64,000 bases of DNA from Dimorphilus gyrociliatus. Taxonomy: Eukaryota; Animalia; Annelida. The DNA is taken from assembly GCA_904063045.1 (NCBI GenBank), contig CAJFCJ010000046.1, positions 40,692 through 104,691 of the forward strand, read 5' to 3'. Position numbers and translations under genes: made by a program. Below are positions 12,839 to 25,440 of this stretch, one piece after another (positions within the stretch are counted from its first letter, which is position 1; the number at the start of each line of letters is the position of its first letter). The notes under the pieces were generated by a model, which did not search any database, was not told where the DNA came from, and saw nothing but the letters and a program-made list of their open reading frames with translations.

Positions 12839-14945
12839 TTATAAATTTGAGAAATACAATTCACATGATAACTTTTCATTTAAATTTTTAAACTTTTTAA
12901 ACATAGCTTCAAGTAAAATAATTTTCCTTTGAATATCATTAAATGTTTTACAGAGAAATGTTATTGTTTTAAAAGTTGTGCCATTCAAATCAGCTATGCA
13001 ATAACTTTGAAAAATGATTACATCTTCTCCTCCAAAAGAATGCTCAAACGTTTTCAGAGTAGTTTCATTAGTGGAAAATTTCTTACTAATAAAGATCTTT
13101 GGATTTAAGAGATTTATCTTTATTTGGTCGTTGTCCTCGAATTGGAATTCGAAGTAGGATAATTTGGATTTTAAGGGAATACAGGTGTAGATATATTCGT
13201 CAAAGAAATTATAAATTGCGCAAAATTGATAATGAGTAGTGTCAAGGATAGAAATCCTTCTGCCACCTGAAATGAGTAAAGAATGGAAATTTCAATACAC
13301 GAGGAGTAGGAGAAGAAGAAGGGATAAACCTTTATGATTAATTTTAATATCATTGCTCAAATGTTGATAATAATTTCTAAAGAGAATTGAATCTACATGT
13401 ATAAAATAATCCATTTGAAGGGAAATGTAATCCAACGAAGTAGCAGTTGGCTTTTGAAAACCAAATTTAACTTGTCCAATTGCAAATTCAAACCAGAAAT
13501 AATTCCATTTATCGCAATCAATCAATGATTGCGAAATATTGAATAGTAGCTCATTTTCGAGAGAATCTTGCAGAGTGATTGACGAAACTTCCTGTTGATT
13601 ATCCCCTTTAAAATCTAGCTTTAGTACAAGATATGACTTTTTACTATTCTTAAAATGCAGAGAGAGAGAGGAACAATCATTTACGTCACCCCTAATTTGA
13701 CCTTTCACTTGGAAACTTAACATAGTGAAATTGTTAGATAAATTTGGGCATTGACAAAGAAGAATACTCCGAATGTTGAATACTATAAATCTTTTCGTCA
13801 ATACTACTTTTTACGAAAACATCTATCGTATTTAAACCAACTTTATTGGCTGAATAGTACTCTAAAATAGTCAGTTTAATCCATTGTTCAAAATTGGCAT
13901 TTCCGGTGTAATTGAAACAGTGCCTCTTTCCATTATTCCAAAGTTGAATTACATTTTTATAGCCAGAGCTCCATTCTACTAACAGAGATTTTATTCTTCC
14001 GTTGTGGCTTCTTCCCCTATCGGAATTAGAAACTGGAATTAGTTGATGCATTTTTGAAAGAACGATATTCTAGGCCTGATTACGGGTTAGAAACGCAAAA
14101 AAAGTCTGGCTTTACAGGAAATGCAAGTGTAACTTGTATAAATTGTCCTCGACATTGATCACCATCATCATCTGAGTAGCATTGCGGTGCCCAAAATTTG
14201 TTTACATTTTGATTGATTGCCATTAAGCATTGACCGCGAGACGCAGTACAAGAAGCTCCTAAACTATGAAAAGCTACATTTGCATAAGTTGTATCCTCAA
14301 CAGTTGATTCTTCTATGAAGATTCAATGAAAATATGAAAAATCACTTTTGAACTATTACTTAGTAGTTACTTACTATCATAGGCATATACAAGTATTGAC
14401 TGAAATCCAATATTTACCACTTGACTAGTCAGTTGACTGGGTTGAATTTTTAAACTGTAAGTGCCTTCTCCAATACCGTTCAATGGTAAGATGCATGTTT
14501 CATATTGATATAAATTAACAATCATTGATCTATTATCAAATTTAATCTCTATCATTGTAAGCTTTTTCTCATTTTCATTGACTCGTTGATTTAGGCACAT
14601 GTCTATAATATCGTATTCTTGTTTAAATTTAATTTCAATCCACTGATCCAAGCAAGAGTGACCCGCACATGTAGTTACCCAATTCAAATCATTTTGCCAT
14701 CTTTCTTCTAGAGCATTCTCACATAGAAAGGTAAAGTCATCAAATTTGGGAAATTCTGATGATGCTGAACAACTTGCATCATGTCTCACATTGGCAATAT
14801 TTACAAGCTTTCCACCTGGAAGTGATTTATTTGTAGAGAGAAAGACATGACCTTAAATTCTACTATACTTACCTAATGATCCAACCGATTTAATTTTCAA
14901 TATATACATCATATAGCATATGATGACAGATGGTAACTTGAACAT
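12839..14945 (-). pseudogene. Secreted F5/8-like x2 plus farnesoic-acid O-methyltransferase-like domain protein; frameshifted paralog of 54388-56532
   Basis: Signal exon from ATG 14945 (MFKLPSVIICYMMY..). Exons align with the 54.4-56.5 kb gene to the last residues (EKLSCELYFSNL* vs DKLSCTLYSSEL*). Frameshift at ~13735. Confidence 0.7.
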
Positions 14946-15189
14946 CTGTGTTCTAAATCCCTTCCTTATCAGTAAAGATACTGGTGGAATAATTTTAAAT
15001 GAGAGATCTGACTAAAAATTATTCTTTTTGAATACTTCATGACTACTCTTATTATTGGACTTGACAAATTTTTAACCAAGCCTGTCCTCTATTGAGTTGT
15101 CTACTGCAAAAGCATTGAATAAGACTTTTATGTCTGTATTGTTCAATATTTATTCTTTTTTGATGAGAAGCATTATTTTCAGCGCATTC

Positions 15190-15800
15190 AACTAAGCAAT
15201 AATAAATAAGTGAAAACAAATTTCAAAGCTATGAAACTGACTTTTATAAGCATAAACACATCCTTGAATCGTTGTTGTTGGAAACATTTCTTCAATAAGG
15301 CTGCCTCAAAGTCAACTACTATTTTTTTTGGTTGATGACCATCTAAAATATCAGCTAACACCTAAAATATATGTAGTGTAATTCATGAAAATGTGATATA
15401 TATATTTACCTTAAAAACAGCTTTATAAGATTTTTTCTTTCTTTGGCTCGTAAAAGCATAAACTAGAGGAACTTGCTTATAATTTCCATTTTTCTTTATG
15501 AATGCATGAACTGTGAAAAGCTGTTGAAATGGTTCTGAAATCACTTTGAAGGTTCCATCCATAAATAATATTTTTGCTTTTTTCAACAATTCGATTTGAT
15601 GATTATTACCAAAAATGATATATCTTGCATCATCCTTTTTAATATCCTTTATTGAAAAATTTTCAGGAACAAAATCATTGTTCAAAGTAAATGAAAGATC
15701 AGCTGGATAGCTAGGTCTCAATTTTCCTTTGTATCTGTCTGCTGTTCTTCTCATGCTCTCAATAAGTGGAAGTTTCTTACTTTGATCTAAAAATTTTCAC
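15190..15800 (-). mobile_element. MULE transposase fragment, copy B (catalytic core only)
   Basis: FMDGTFKVISEPFQQLFTVH..VPLVYAF; after an intron, KIVVDFEAAL. Confidence 0.75.
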
Positions 15801-15814
15801 CTGAATTTTTCTGT

Positions 15815-17724
15815 AAACAGCTTGATTCCAATGGAATAAACAGCCTGTTAGTGTAACACTTTCCCAATTGTCTAATGCAGCTTTCCATACTGCTCTTTCA
15901 TAGTCCAGAACAATTTTCTTTGGTGTTTTGTATTCCAAAAGTTCATTTAGTGTCTGTTAATAAAATGTTATTTACTTTGAAAAAATTGTATTTTTATAAA
16001 TACCCTTACCCTAAACAAAATATTGTATGCTTTTTTCTTCTTTGATGTCATAAAAGCAAAGAGTAGAGGAACTTGTTTTAATGCTCCCTCTTTCTTCAAA
16101 AATGAATGAATAGAAAACAGCTGTTTGAAAGGTTGTTTTACAATGCTAAAAGTTCCATCCACATACCAAATTTTTGAAACTGAAAGCAGATTGAGTTGCT
16201 TCAATGTGGAGAAAATAATGATTCTTTCACCATTTTCAAAAATATCTTTTCTTAAAAAATCATCTGGTATGAAAGTATTATTTAAAAGAAAATTTCTTCC
16301 AATAGGTTCAGTAGGCTGAGTTTTTCTTCTATGGTAATTAATCATTTCTTTACAAGTATCTACCTTCAAGATATTGCCCATATTTGCATATGGGAGTATA
16401 GCATTTTCAGCTAATCTTTTTCCACTTACATTAATATTACATTTTCCACTTTGTTTTGCTGTCAGTTTAATTTCAATGTTTTGCTCTAAGTTTTTTTTAG
16501 GTGGATGAATGTGTGATTTAGAACCTAAGTGAAAATTGCTACCTCTTTGAATTATACTGGCAGGGCATCTGATTTTCTTGTTCCTGACACTACATATCCA
16601 AATAGTACTACTTTTGTACTGTCCTTTTATAGTAAAAGAATTATTATTGTGTACAAGCAACTTTTTTTCTCTTTGACTTCCATTTTCAAATACTTTGAAA
16701 TGACCATCTGCCTCATCAATCTCCTCTGGTAAACTTTCAAAGGAATCCTCAACATCTTCAACAGTTGGTATTCTCTCATCATCCAAAGTTGCCTCCATAG
16801 TTGATGCAGCACAGTTGATTTCATCTGTGTTCATGTCTTTTAAAGGTAGCTCATTTGCTTCAATAGCATCTGCTGAGAAATGAGAAACAACTTGTTCATG
16901 ATCAACATCCATAGAAGTAACCGTAATGTTTGCTAATGTCTTATCTTTCTCTACAGCATTTTTTATTGGCTCTTTAATATTTCCCTCAATAGTAGATTCT
17001 TTAGTTGCATCTTTGATTGTACAACTATTATCACACCTTCTCAAAACAATTTTCAAACTTCTGATTTGAATAGATGAGCAAATGGAGCATAATCCATCTA
17101 ACAAAATTAAACATAAACATTAAGATTTAAATATGAAAAATCTAACCTGATAAGCATGTCCAATGAAGTTTGTGAGAACAATGAGAACATGTTCCTTGTT
17201 TTAGTTTATTAATTTTTTTTCTACATTCAAAGCAGAATTTTGCCATGTTGATAAATTTCTTTCAAATACCTGTTATGTCAAAGATCATGAGAATTAAAAA
17301 AAAATTGTAAGATATATACATGATTTTAAAGAGACTAATATTTTTATCAAAACAATTGTTACTTTTGAAGGATTACAATGCAGAAAATCACTTAATTCGA
17401 ATAGCTAACAATTCAATTTTCACAACAAATCAAGTGGTAAAACATTACTCTACAAAAAAAACTGGTAAAACAATTTCTTTCATTATCACTCAGAGATTAC
17501 AAATAATAAATACAAACTACTTCATAAATTATTTTCATATATTTTGCATTTTATTAAGCATACTGTAAACTTCTAGTACACTTCTGGGCGACTTCTGTCA
17601 TAGTCCTGGGTGACTTCTATCACACTTCTGGGCGACTTCTGTCACAGCTCTGGGCGACTTCTATCAATGTCTGGGCGACTTCTGTCCTGGGCGACTTCTG
17701 CCCTGGGCGACTTCTGTCGTATTC
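15815..17724 (-). mobile_element. Phantom-like MULE, copy A: PHD-FLYWCH-MULE transposase open for ~445 codons over 3 exons, 3' truncated
   Basis: Exon 17246-17147 plus a 49-nt intron completes a C4HC3 PHD. FLYWCH (WIC..C..HIH), YVDGTF, then exon ~15958-15817 with LDYERAVW..GCLFHW. Element end GTCGTATTC at 17724. Confidence 0.85.
17580..17720. repeat. Subterminal tandem array of CTGGGCGACTTCTRTC (~7 units)
   Basis: Direct repeats with short spacers immediately inside the MULE terminus. Confidence 0.85.
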
Positions 17725-18575
17725 ATTTTGTTTCACTATTGCAAAACTTTCATCATTTATTCTTAAAAGTGCAAGAGCTAGATTATTTGTGGAAATTATT
17801 TGAAGATAAATATCTAATTAAGTAGTAAAAAAATGAAATGGTATGATTAATTATTCAAATTTCAATATTTTCTTCTTCTAAAACTACTCACAAGCCTTAG
17901 AAGTTTTAAAACATTTGATACAAGTTGCAAAAATTTTCTTCTTTACAGTATTTAAAGTCATTTTGCTTTGTTGTTGCAAAAATGAAGGATTGTTGATATT
18001 AATTTTAATTATTTTTTACTACTTTCACCTGGAAAGTTTTAATATTTTGGACTGTTGAAAAATTTCATTCTGGAGTGACTCTGCCTTAAGACTTTTGTCT
18101 TTGAATGAGTTAGGATAATGATTAAAGCTATGAGTTTAAACTAATGATGACTGGAATTAGGTGTGTAACTGGGCCAGGGCTAAGGTAAAATCATATACAT
18201 CATCAAGCTTCAAGTCTTTCAAGCTTAATATCTCTTATTGTCCCCTCATAACCTCCTCTAAAGTTGCTATGTAACTTGGGTAAAGTGGAAGAGAGATCAT
18301 CGATTAAGATAATTTAAGAATTTTTAATTAACAATTAAAACTTTCCAGGTTTACCACAATAGGAATCTATAGGTATGGGAAAAAACATCCCAATATTGAG
18401 ATTTTAACCCTAACCTTATCTTATCAGTTGGCAAAGTTCTCTCCATTGTTAGGATGTTTTATCCCAATCCCAAAATCTATATGTAAGAAAACATCTTTGG
18501 TAAATATTAATTGAATTTTTTGTTATGAATTGATGTTGATGTATGCTTACATATAATTTTCTATATGTTTAAATC

Positions 18576-18905
18576 TTACAATGTGCAACATCCAATTGAA
18601 ACTTTAATTCTTGAATAATGCATTATTATTGAACCATAATCTTGTGGACATATCATTGCACCATTATAGAATGAATCATATTTGAAACTTTTACAAAATT
18701 TTTCATACTCTTTATATTTACAATTCTCATATTGAAGAGGTAGCAACTTTGTCATTTCTGGAAAATGTACAAATACCTTTCCAATTACATAATTATCATT
18801 CTCTTGTAAGATTTTCAATGAGACATTATGACTCATTTTCGAAATGATTATTTGACAATTTATGGATAGTAATAAAATGATTTGTGGCAAATGCATATTG
18901 CTTAT
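18576..18905 (-). pseudogene. Orphan signal-peptide exon resembling the first exon of the GRL101-like gene
   Basis: MHLPQIILLLSINC..ENDN..CC, ending at a GTAAG donor in the same position as the 11778-12086 exon. No downstream exons found. Confidence 0.4.
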
Positions 18906-19278
18906 ACAAAAATTCATATGTTTATCATTTTCTGTCAAATATTTATAATGCCTTATTAAGCAAAAATGGCTCAAAATTACAGTAAATTACATTAATAATC
19001 TTTCAAGAACAAAACTATCTTATTACATTAGTTCTAAACAAGTAAGTTGATATTGAAACCTGACAATTAGAATACTGAACGATCAGTTGTTGAATTTGTA
19101 GAGTTATTAGACTCTTCTTTCACAATATTCAAATTTTGAACATGTTTCAACTTATTTGTCAATATGAAGTATGACAAACAAATAAGACAGCTGGTAAGGT
19201 GGAAAAAAAGCCAGATGGCCTAAGATGAACTGGAAAGGGATTTAAATATCCCCAGGTCTTCAATGTAATATATTTGTG

Positions 19279-19445
19279 NNNNNNNNNNNNNNNNNNNNNN
19301 NNNNNNNNNNNNNNNNNNNNNNNNNNNNNNNNNNNNNNNNNNNNNNNNNNNNNNNNNNNNNNNNNNNNNNNNNNNNNNNNNNNNNNNNNNNNNNNNNNNN
19401 NNNNNNNNNNNNNNNNNNNNNNNNNNNNNNNNNNNNNNNNNNNNN
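19279..19445. other. Assembly gap
   Basis: Run of ~167 N. Confidence 0.99.
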
Positions 19446-20734
19446 ATAAATCATAAAGATTTCTATGATTTGAACAGTTTAAAGGTTTTTAAAGTTGAAA
19501 ACTGTTTCCTAAAAACAATAGCAGAACAATCATTTGGGAAAATGAGAAATGTTGAAATGTTACTTTTAGACAATACCATTTTCCCAACATCATCTATAAA
19601 ATATTTTACAAACTATATGCACAAGTTGAAAATTGTTGAAAGTGAAAGTTTTCATTTATGCTGTCTAATATGGAAAATGCTTGGAAAACATGTGAAATGT
19701 CAACCAAAACCATCTGGTTTCCTGACTTGTAAAAGTATCATACCATCATCATTTTTGAGAATACTCTTTTGGTTAATTGGAATAATTGGTGTAATTGGAA
19801 ATTTATTTGTTTTGATGATGACAATAAAAATAAATATGAAATCCAAATTATTTCGACTCTGTTTGATAATTGGAGATTTACAAACAGCAAGTTATGTCCT
19901 GTCTATTGCAGTTGCTGACTATTACTTTAGTTTTTCAAGTTATCTAGAAAATGAAGAAACTTGGAGGTTTAGCAATGGATGTACCCTCCTAGGTACAATT
20001 TTAACATTTTCACTATTACTTTCAATGTTTTCAGTTTTATGTCTGGCAATTGAACGTTATGAAGCAATCGTAAATCCATTAACATGACCTTTTATATTAA
20101 GATATCGAATTGCTGTATTAACTATTGGATTTTTCAGTGTACTTCTTTTATCAATAATACCAATAATATTTTTTCAAGTATTAGCAAAAACTATTCCTTT
20201 TTTTAGTTTTTAGATTTTTTCTTTTTGCCTTTAATGAACTTTTCTTTCCAGAAATTTTACACAAAATCAACAATTTGTTTTAATATACAAGTTCGAAGTG
20301 ACAAAACCAATGGTTGGGTTTATTCATTTCTTGTATTTGGTATATTGTTCTTTGCAATAAGCATTGTATTGTGTTGTTTGTATGGAAAAATTACTTTAAA
20401 AGTAAATAACATTGTTTTATCAAAAAAGAGATCTTTGTCAAAGAATATTTATATTCTAACAATCTCAAATGTTTTATGTTGGTTACCAATTTCAGTCTTA
20501 TGTGAGGGTTTTTTCTGTAACCCATTCAAGTTAACTTAATTAGTTTTCTATATTTTTTTTTTAGCAATTCTATCAAAACTGCTGTACATCAACATAAAAA
20601 ATGATGTGTACACAATTTTTGTCATATCCCTTATCCCATTAAACTCACTACTTAATCCGTACATTTTTTGTTTTGACCAATGCATGATTTGGAATAAAAG
20701 AAGAAAGTTGAGGAATACTCGAAATAAGTCTTAA
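19446..20734 (+). pseudogene. GRL101-like GPCR C-terminal half (LRR end plus 7TM) with an in-frame TGA
   Basis: Colinear with 6370-7600, with the same intron positions. TGA at 20085-20087 precedes TM4 and the frame continues hydrophobically. NSLLNPYIF; stop at 20732-20734. Confidence 0.75.
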
Positions 20735-23406
20735 TTTTTATAAATTTTTCCCAATACTTTTTTTACAAATGTAATTTATTTTGATAAAAACTTCCTTCAG
20801 ACAACTTCTCATCAAGTCAATAACTGATCAAATTAAAACTCAGTGTCTTTTTCTTTCTATTTTCTTCATCCCAACATACTCATATTTTTCCCTTTTTTTC
20901 AATCTTCAGATATACAATTCTTTAATAATAGGATCAAAGCAACTTCCAGTTTTCTAACTGCCAAAAGCTTTTCATACAGTGAAGAATTTTTTACAAATTT
21001 TGAATATTTGAAATGTTTTATATATTCAATCAAATTTTTAAAACATATCCATTCAAATTCATTAACATTTGCCAAAGAAGATTTTGAAAGTATCTTATAT
21101 TTAAAGGTTTCAATTTTTTTTCTAGTCTTAGTTTTTGAAAAATAAAAATATTCTTTTTATTTTGTTGATTTTAAAAGTTGGATCTTTATCAAAAATATGT
21201 CTACTTTATTCATTGTGAAGATTTTCAACTCACAGCAAATACAGATTTAAGTAAAGATATTATGAAGTTTGGAATCTTTGTTAGAAAATTTCTCCAAAGA
21301 AATATTCAATATAAAGTAAAAGAATGACTCATTTTCAGGTCTTGTAAAAACCTATTTGTTTTTTGTATCTTTCATGTAAAATACTACTAAATTTTTCTTA
21401 TGTATACAATAAACATTTTGAATATTTGTACTCAATAGACACTGGCAAATGTACATATTCATGTTTTTATTGTGCACTAGACATATACACTCATCAACAT
21501 ACAGGGTTTAGGATTAGGGTTGGGTTGGGGTTTGCCCCCTTCCCTTCCCTCTCTGTCATTTACCCATAGAGAAAAGCACACATTGCTCTAAGATACAGAT
21601 ACTACAGAAAACATCCTCAAATGTGTGGTTTTACCCAAATTTTTACCTAATTTTATTTCTTTTATTTATTAAAGATCTCTTCAAAAACATCTTCTTCTTT
21701 CATTTCATTATTTTCTTTTTTAACCTTTTTTTTTACTGTCTAATTGCCTGGAATAATTTTCTCAGAGATAATTTAGAGTTTCTAATTTTATTAATGAGTG
21801 CATTTATTGTTTCTAATTTATAATCATTTTCCATAAAGCTTCTGATATTCTCTTTTCCTTGTTCATAATTATAGATGTTCTCTTGTACTAGATAGATATT
21901 AGCATAAAAGAAATTGACTTTTTCCTTAAGTAATTGTTGTAATTCCACTTTGTGTTTTCTCAAAAGTAGTCTTGTAAGGGCATCCATATTATTTTTGTAC
22001 AACCTTTTTACCTTCTTTTCTCTCAAATTGTGTTCTTTTCTTTCTAGGTTGAAGAGAGCTGCATTAAAACTTTCAGTCTCATTTATATGATCTTAAAAAA
22101 GTGAAAGTAGAAAAAATAGCTACTTATACTTTCATTTATACTTTTACTTTTCTATTCACAGTTTTTTGTCTAAAGTACATTTTGTCAAGTTCAATATTGA
22201 TGACTCATCAGAGTCAACAAACTTTTACTTACAGAGAGGTTGAAGATTTCCAATATTTTCTTCTTTGGGTTTGATTCAGTATATATATATATATTGTAGT
22301 ATTAAAAGTACTATGGCAGAGATCATTTTTAAGGTAAATTTTCTGAAGTTGCTATGTTTGTTAAAGAGTTTTTAAAAATTTTTTGAAGATTCATCATAAA
22401 ATATGCAAATCTAAAAACTTTCTGGAATGTTTTCAAGGCCAAAAGCAATGTGTTGTACAAATTCTTGTAAAATCTGACCAAATCTAGTTTTTAACAATAT
22501 TATTTGATCTATTTTTTGTTAGGTCTAGCAGAAAGGAATTCTGCTTGATACAAGTCATAATATTCTCTCTGGCTGAGCTTCAAAGATTGTAAATTTTCAG
22601 ATTTCTGACTTTCCAATGTTGGGGCAAGCTTTGATTCAAGTCCAGCCTGGCACAGTGTTAGATTTTGGAGTTGGAAAAATTTCAGTAAGACTTTTGTTTC
22701 ATAGTGTTAGCTTTTAATACTTTAAAAAGAACTATATTTCGTAGCATTTCCCAGAGTCACCCTTTTAAATTAGTGTAGAAAATACCAACCAATATGACAT
22801 TCAAGGTGTTACAACCTCTTGTGAACCTTATTTTTTTTCCAACCATGCCAAATGGTTAGATTAAATTTCACCATTTTTTTGAATAACCAAAGATATTGAA
22901 AATCTACAGAATGAATGTTTTAATTTTTAAAAAATTGATTTTAAATGGAAAAAAAAATTTTTACTATACATTTTTCAAAAACAGAACAATTCTTTAAAAA
23001 TGTTATTCAAAAGTTTAAAAATTGCAAAAAATAAAAAATAGTAACTTTCAAAATTCAAAAAGATATATTCTCTTGATTCTTAAATACTTTACATGAGTTG
23101 TGTCTGAAGAAATGTAAAGTAGTACAAAATAGTCATTAATTTAAGAATATGTACACTGGTAAAAGCTTATCCCTGTTTAAATTTTCTAACATCACTCAAA
23201 TAAAATCACTGATCATTTGAAATTGAAAGTTTTCAATTCAAATTTAATTAAAATTTAAGAAAACTGGTAATATGATTGGAGATGCTATAAGTCTAAATTG
23301 ATTTGAACACATGTTCAAAATTCAAAATGAAAAATCTTTTTAGAAATAAAATTAAAGGTTTAAGCATTGTTTAGAAAACAATAACAAATTTTTGATTTTA
23401 CAATTA

Positions 23407-23840
23407 TCAATGAAAAATTTTATAGAATTTGTCTTGAAAACTAATTTGCCCTTGACCTCCCATGAGGAAAAATTTTGCCAAAGTTTTTAGAAAATGCTCA
23501 AAATATTGAAAAATTCTTTTCTGACACATCACTGAGCTGGGAGATGGATTCTCCTGTTGTAGTGCATACACTAGACAAAGTGATATCAGTACCATCTATA
23601 CCAGTCTAAAAACTTCACAAAACACTTTGAAAGATATCTAATTTATTGCCAGAAAAACAAATCAATGTACTGCAGTGTTTTGTAAACCTTTCTGCAATAT
23701 TCACATCATTTTGCAGTGCTACTCTAAAAGATTGATTCGAAAAAATCTGCAATGGTTTAGTAGCATGTTCTGATATTTTGGAACATATTACATTCAAACA
23801 CATTTCCCTAACTGCCAAACAGATTAAACTTACCAATTGA
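23407..23840 (-). pseudogene. Relic of the N-terminus of the RNI-like LRR family
   Basis: SLICLAVREM (BC-box-like). IDGTDITLSSVC aligns to FSCDILPLTSVT of the 35148 protein. Several stops. Confidence 0.4.
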
Positions 23841-24648
23841 ATTGTTGAGTAGTGCTTGTAAAAATTGTTAATTAACCCTAATTATTATATAATTATACCT
23901 CATTTGCATATTTAGTATGGAAAAGTTCTTCATTATGTAATAAAATGTAAATTGAATGATTATGTCATCATTTTGCACTTGAATTGTATTTTAATATTAA
24001 ATGCAATATTTTTACAGTTTCTTTTACATTCTCTCCTCTATACAAAACAAATCAATTAATAATAGATGCTTATTGTAAACAATGACAAATTTATGATATT
24101 TTATAACTGGTTGAAACCTATAGTCAGTAGGTGTTCACTTAGAAATAATAATGTAATAATATTCAGACTTTAGATTCCATAGAAGTTTTTTTTCTTTTTA
24201 ATTATAAATTTTTTAATGTTTGGAGGAATTTTGTTTTTATATTAAAAATGAATAAATGTCACTGACAAATGAAATTGGATTTTCTTAGAATGCCAGCCAC
24301 TGAAACAAAAATTTACTGTTGAATGCTGTTATTTCACAATATTATGCTTTTAATTATTGAAACAAAATGTTTCAACAAAGCATGATATTTACTTGAAATA
24401 TATTCAAAAAAAGTAAACCAATTGAACATTTAACCATAGTATCTCAATTATTCATTAACCCATTCTATTAAAGCGAAATTTATGAAACAACTTGAATTGT
24501 TGTTATACACTTATTCAAAGTATTGCTTAGTATTAATGTGACATTTACATCATAGTGCTCTAATTATTTTTAATAACATTGGGTGTGTAAATTTATGTTA
24601 TATCTTGGTAACAATTTCACACAACTTAAATAGCTTCAGTGATTCTTT

Positions 24649-25440
24649 TTAAAATATTTTCAAATTAATAAATTTTGTTAATGGACAAAAAAACTTGTAA
24701 TTTTCTTTTTCTTTGCACAATACAGAATTTTTATCATAGGCAAAAAATTCAGAATTATGTTCTTCAATATTCTCTCCATAAATTTGAAATTCTACAAAGT
24801 TGGTCAAACTTTCAATTGTCAGATGGAGAATCTTTCCAATGAAAGTTACACAAGTATCAGTTTTAGAATCAACTACTTCCAATTTAATTTTTTTCCACTT
24901 TTCCTGATTACACCAACATTTTTCAAATGGAAGTTGTAATGAAACCATAACCAGTTGAAACATGCATTCCAGTTTTCCAATTGCATATTTTGCTTTCTCA
25001 GAGGAATCATCAAGGTCACCAAGCAAAATTCTCTTTAAAGGTAGACTGTGTGATTTTACAGAGAAAGTTCCACTATAATCTACCCAAATGTACTGCTTTA
25101 TTGCATAACATTCTTCATTTGTATTTGACTCATGTTTACATCTAATGTCAGTAAAACATTTGCAAATTCCATTGGTAAAGTTATTTGCAGGTCTCAAAAT
25201 ATTATCCCAAAAAACATAGGCATGTGCTGAAGGCAATGAGTAAAGTGACAAGAAAGTTATATCTTGTGTACATGATGAAACAGTTTTTAAAAACTGATTA
25301 ACCCCTTTTTCAGAAAGATTTTCATACACAATATCTTTTACATAGGATTGAGAAAGAGCATATTGATTCCTGTATATCAAAGTCAGCTCTTCAGCATTCT
25401 TGTCAAGATAAGCTACATATATTCATCAGTGCCACGAAGT
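24649..25440 (-). pseudogene. CASPR/neurexin-IV-type fibrinogen-related domain fragment plus unknown C-terminal region
   Basis: GICKC..C..WVDYSG..LPLKRILLGD..AKYAIGKLEC resembles the CASPR fibrinogen-like domain. The frame is broken just upstream of 25380. Confidence 0.5.

Noticed and set aside
17580-17720. CRISPR-like look of repeated CTGGGCGACTTCT units
   Set aside because: Spacers are only a few nt, there are no cas genes, the context is eukaryotic, and the array is a MULE subterminal repeat.
19260-19456. Two ORFs of mostly X residues
   Set aside because: Artefacts of the N gap.
20085-20087. In-frame TGA as selenocysteine, readthrough or a variant genetic code
   Set aside because: The aligned paralog position is not Cys or Trp, no SECIS-like hairpin was noticed, and many decayed genes here have similar stops.
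20800-22620. Minus-strand helical fragments suggesting an NLR/death-fold gene
   Set aside because: No Walker A or other NACHT motif; frames are short and broken.
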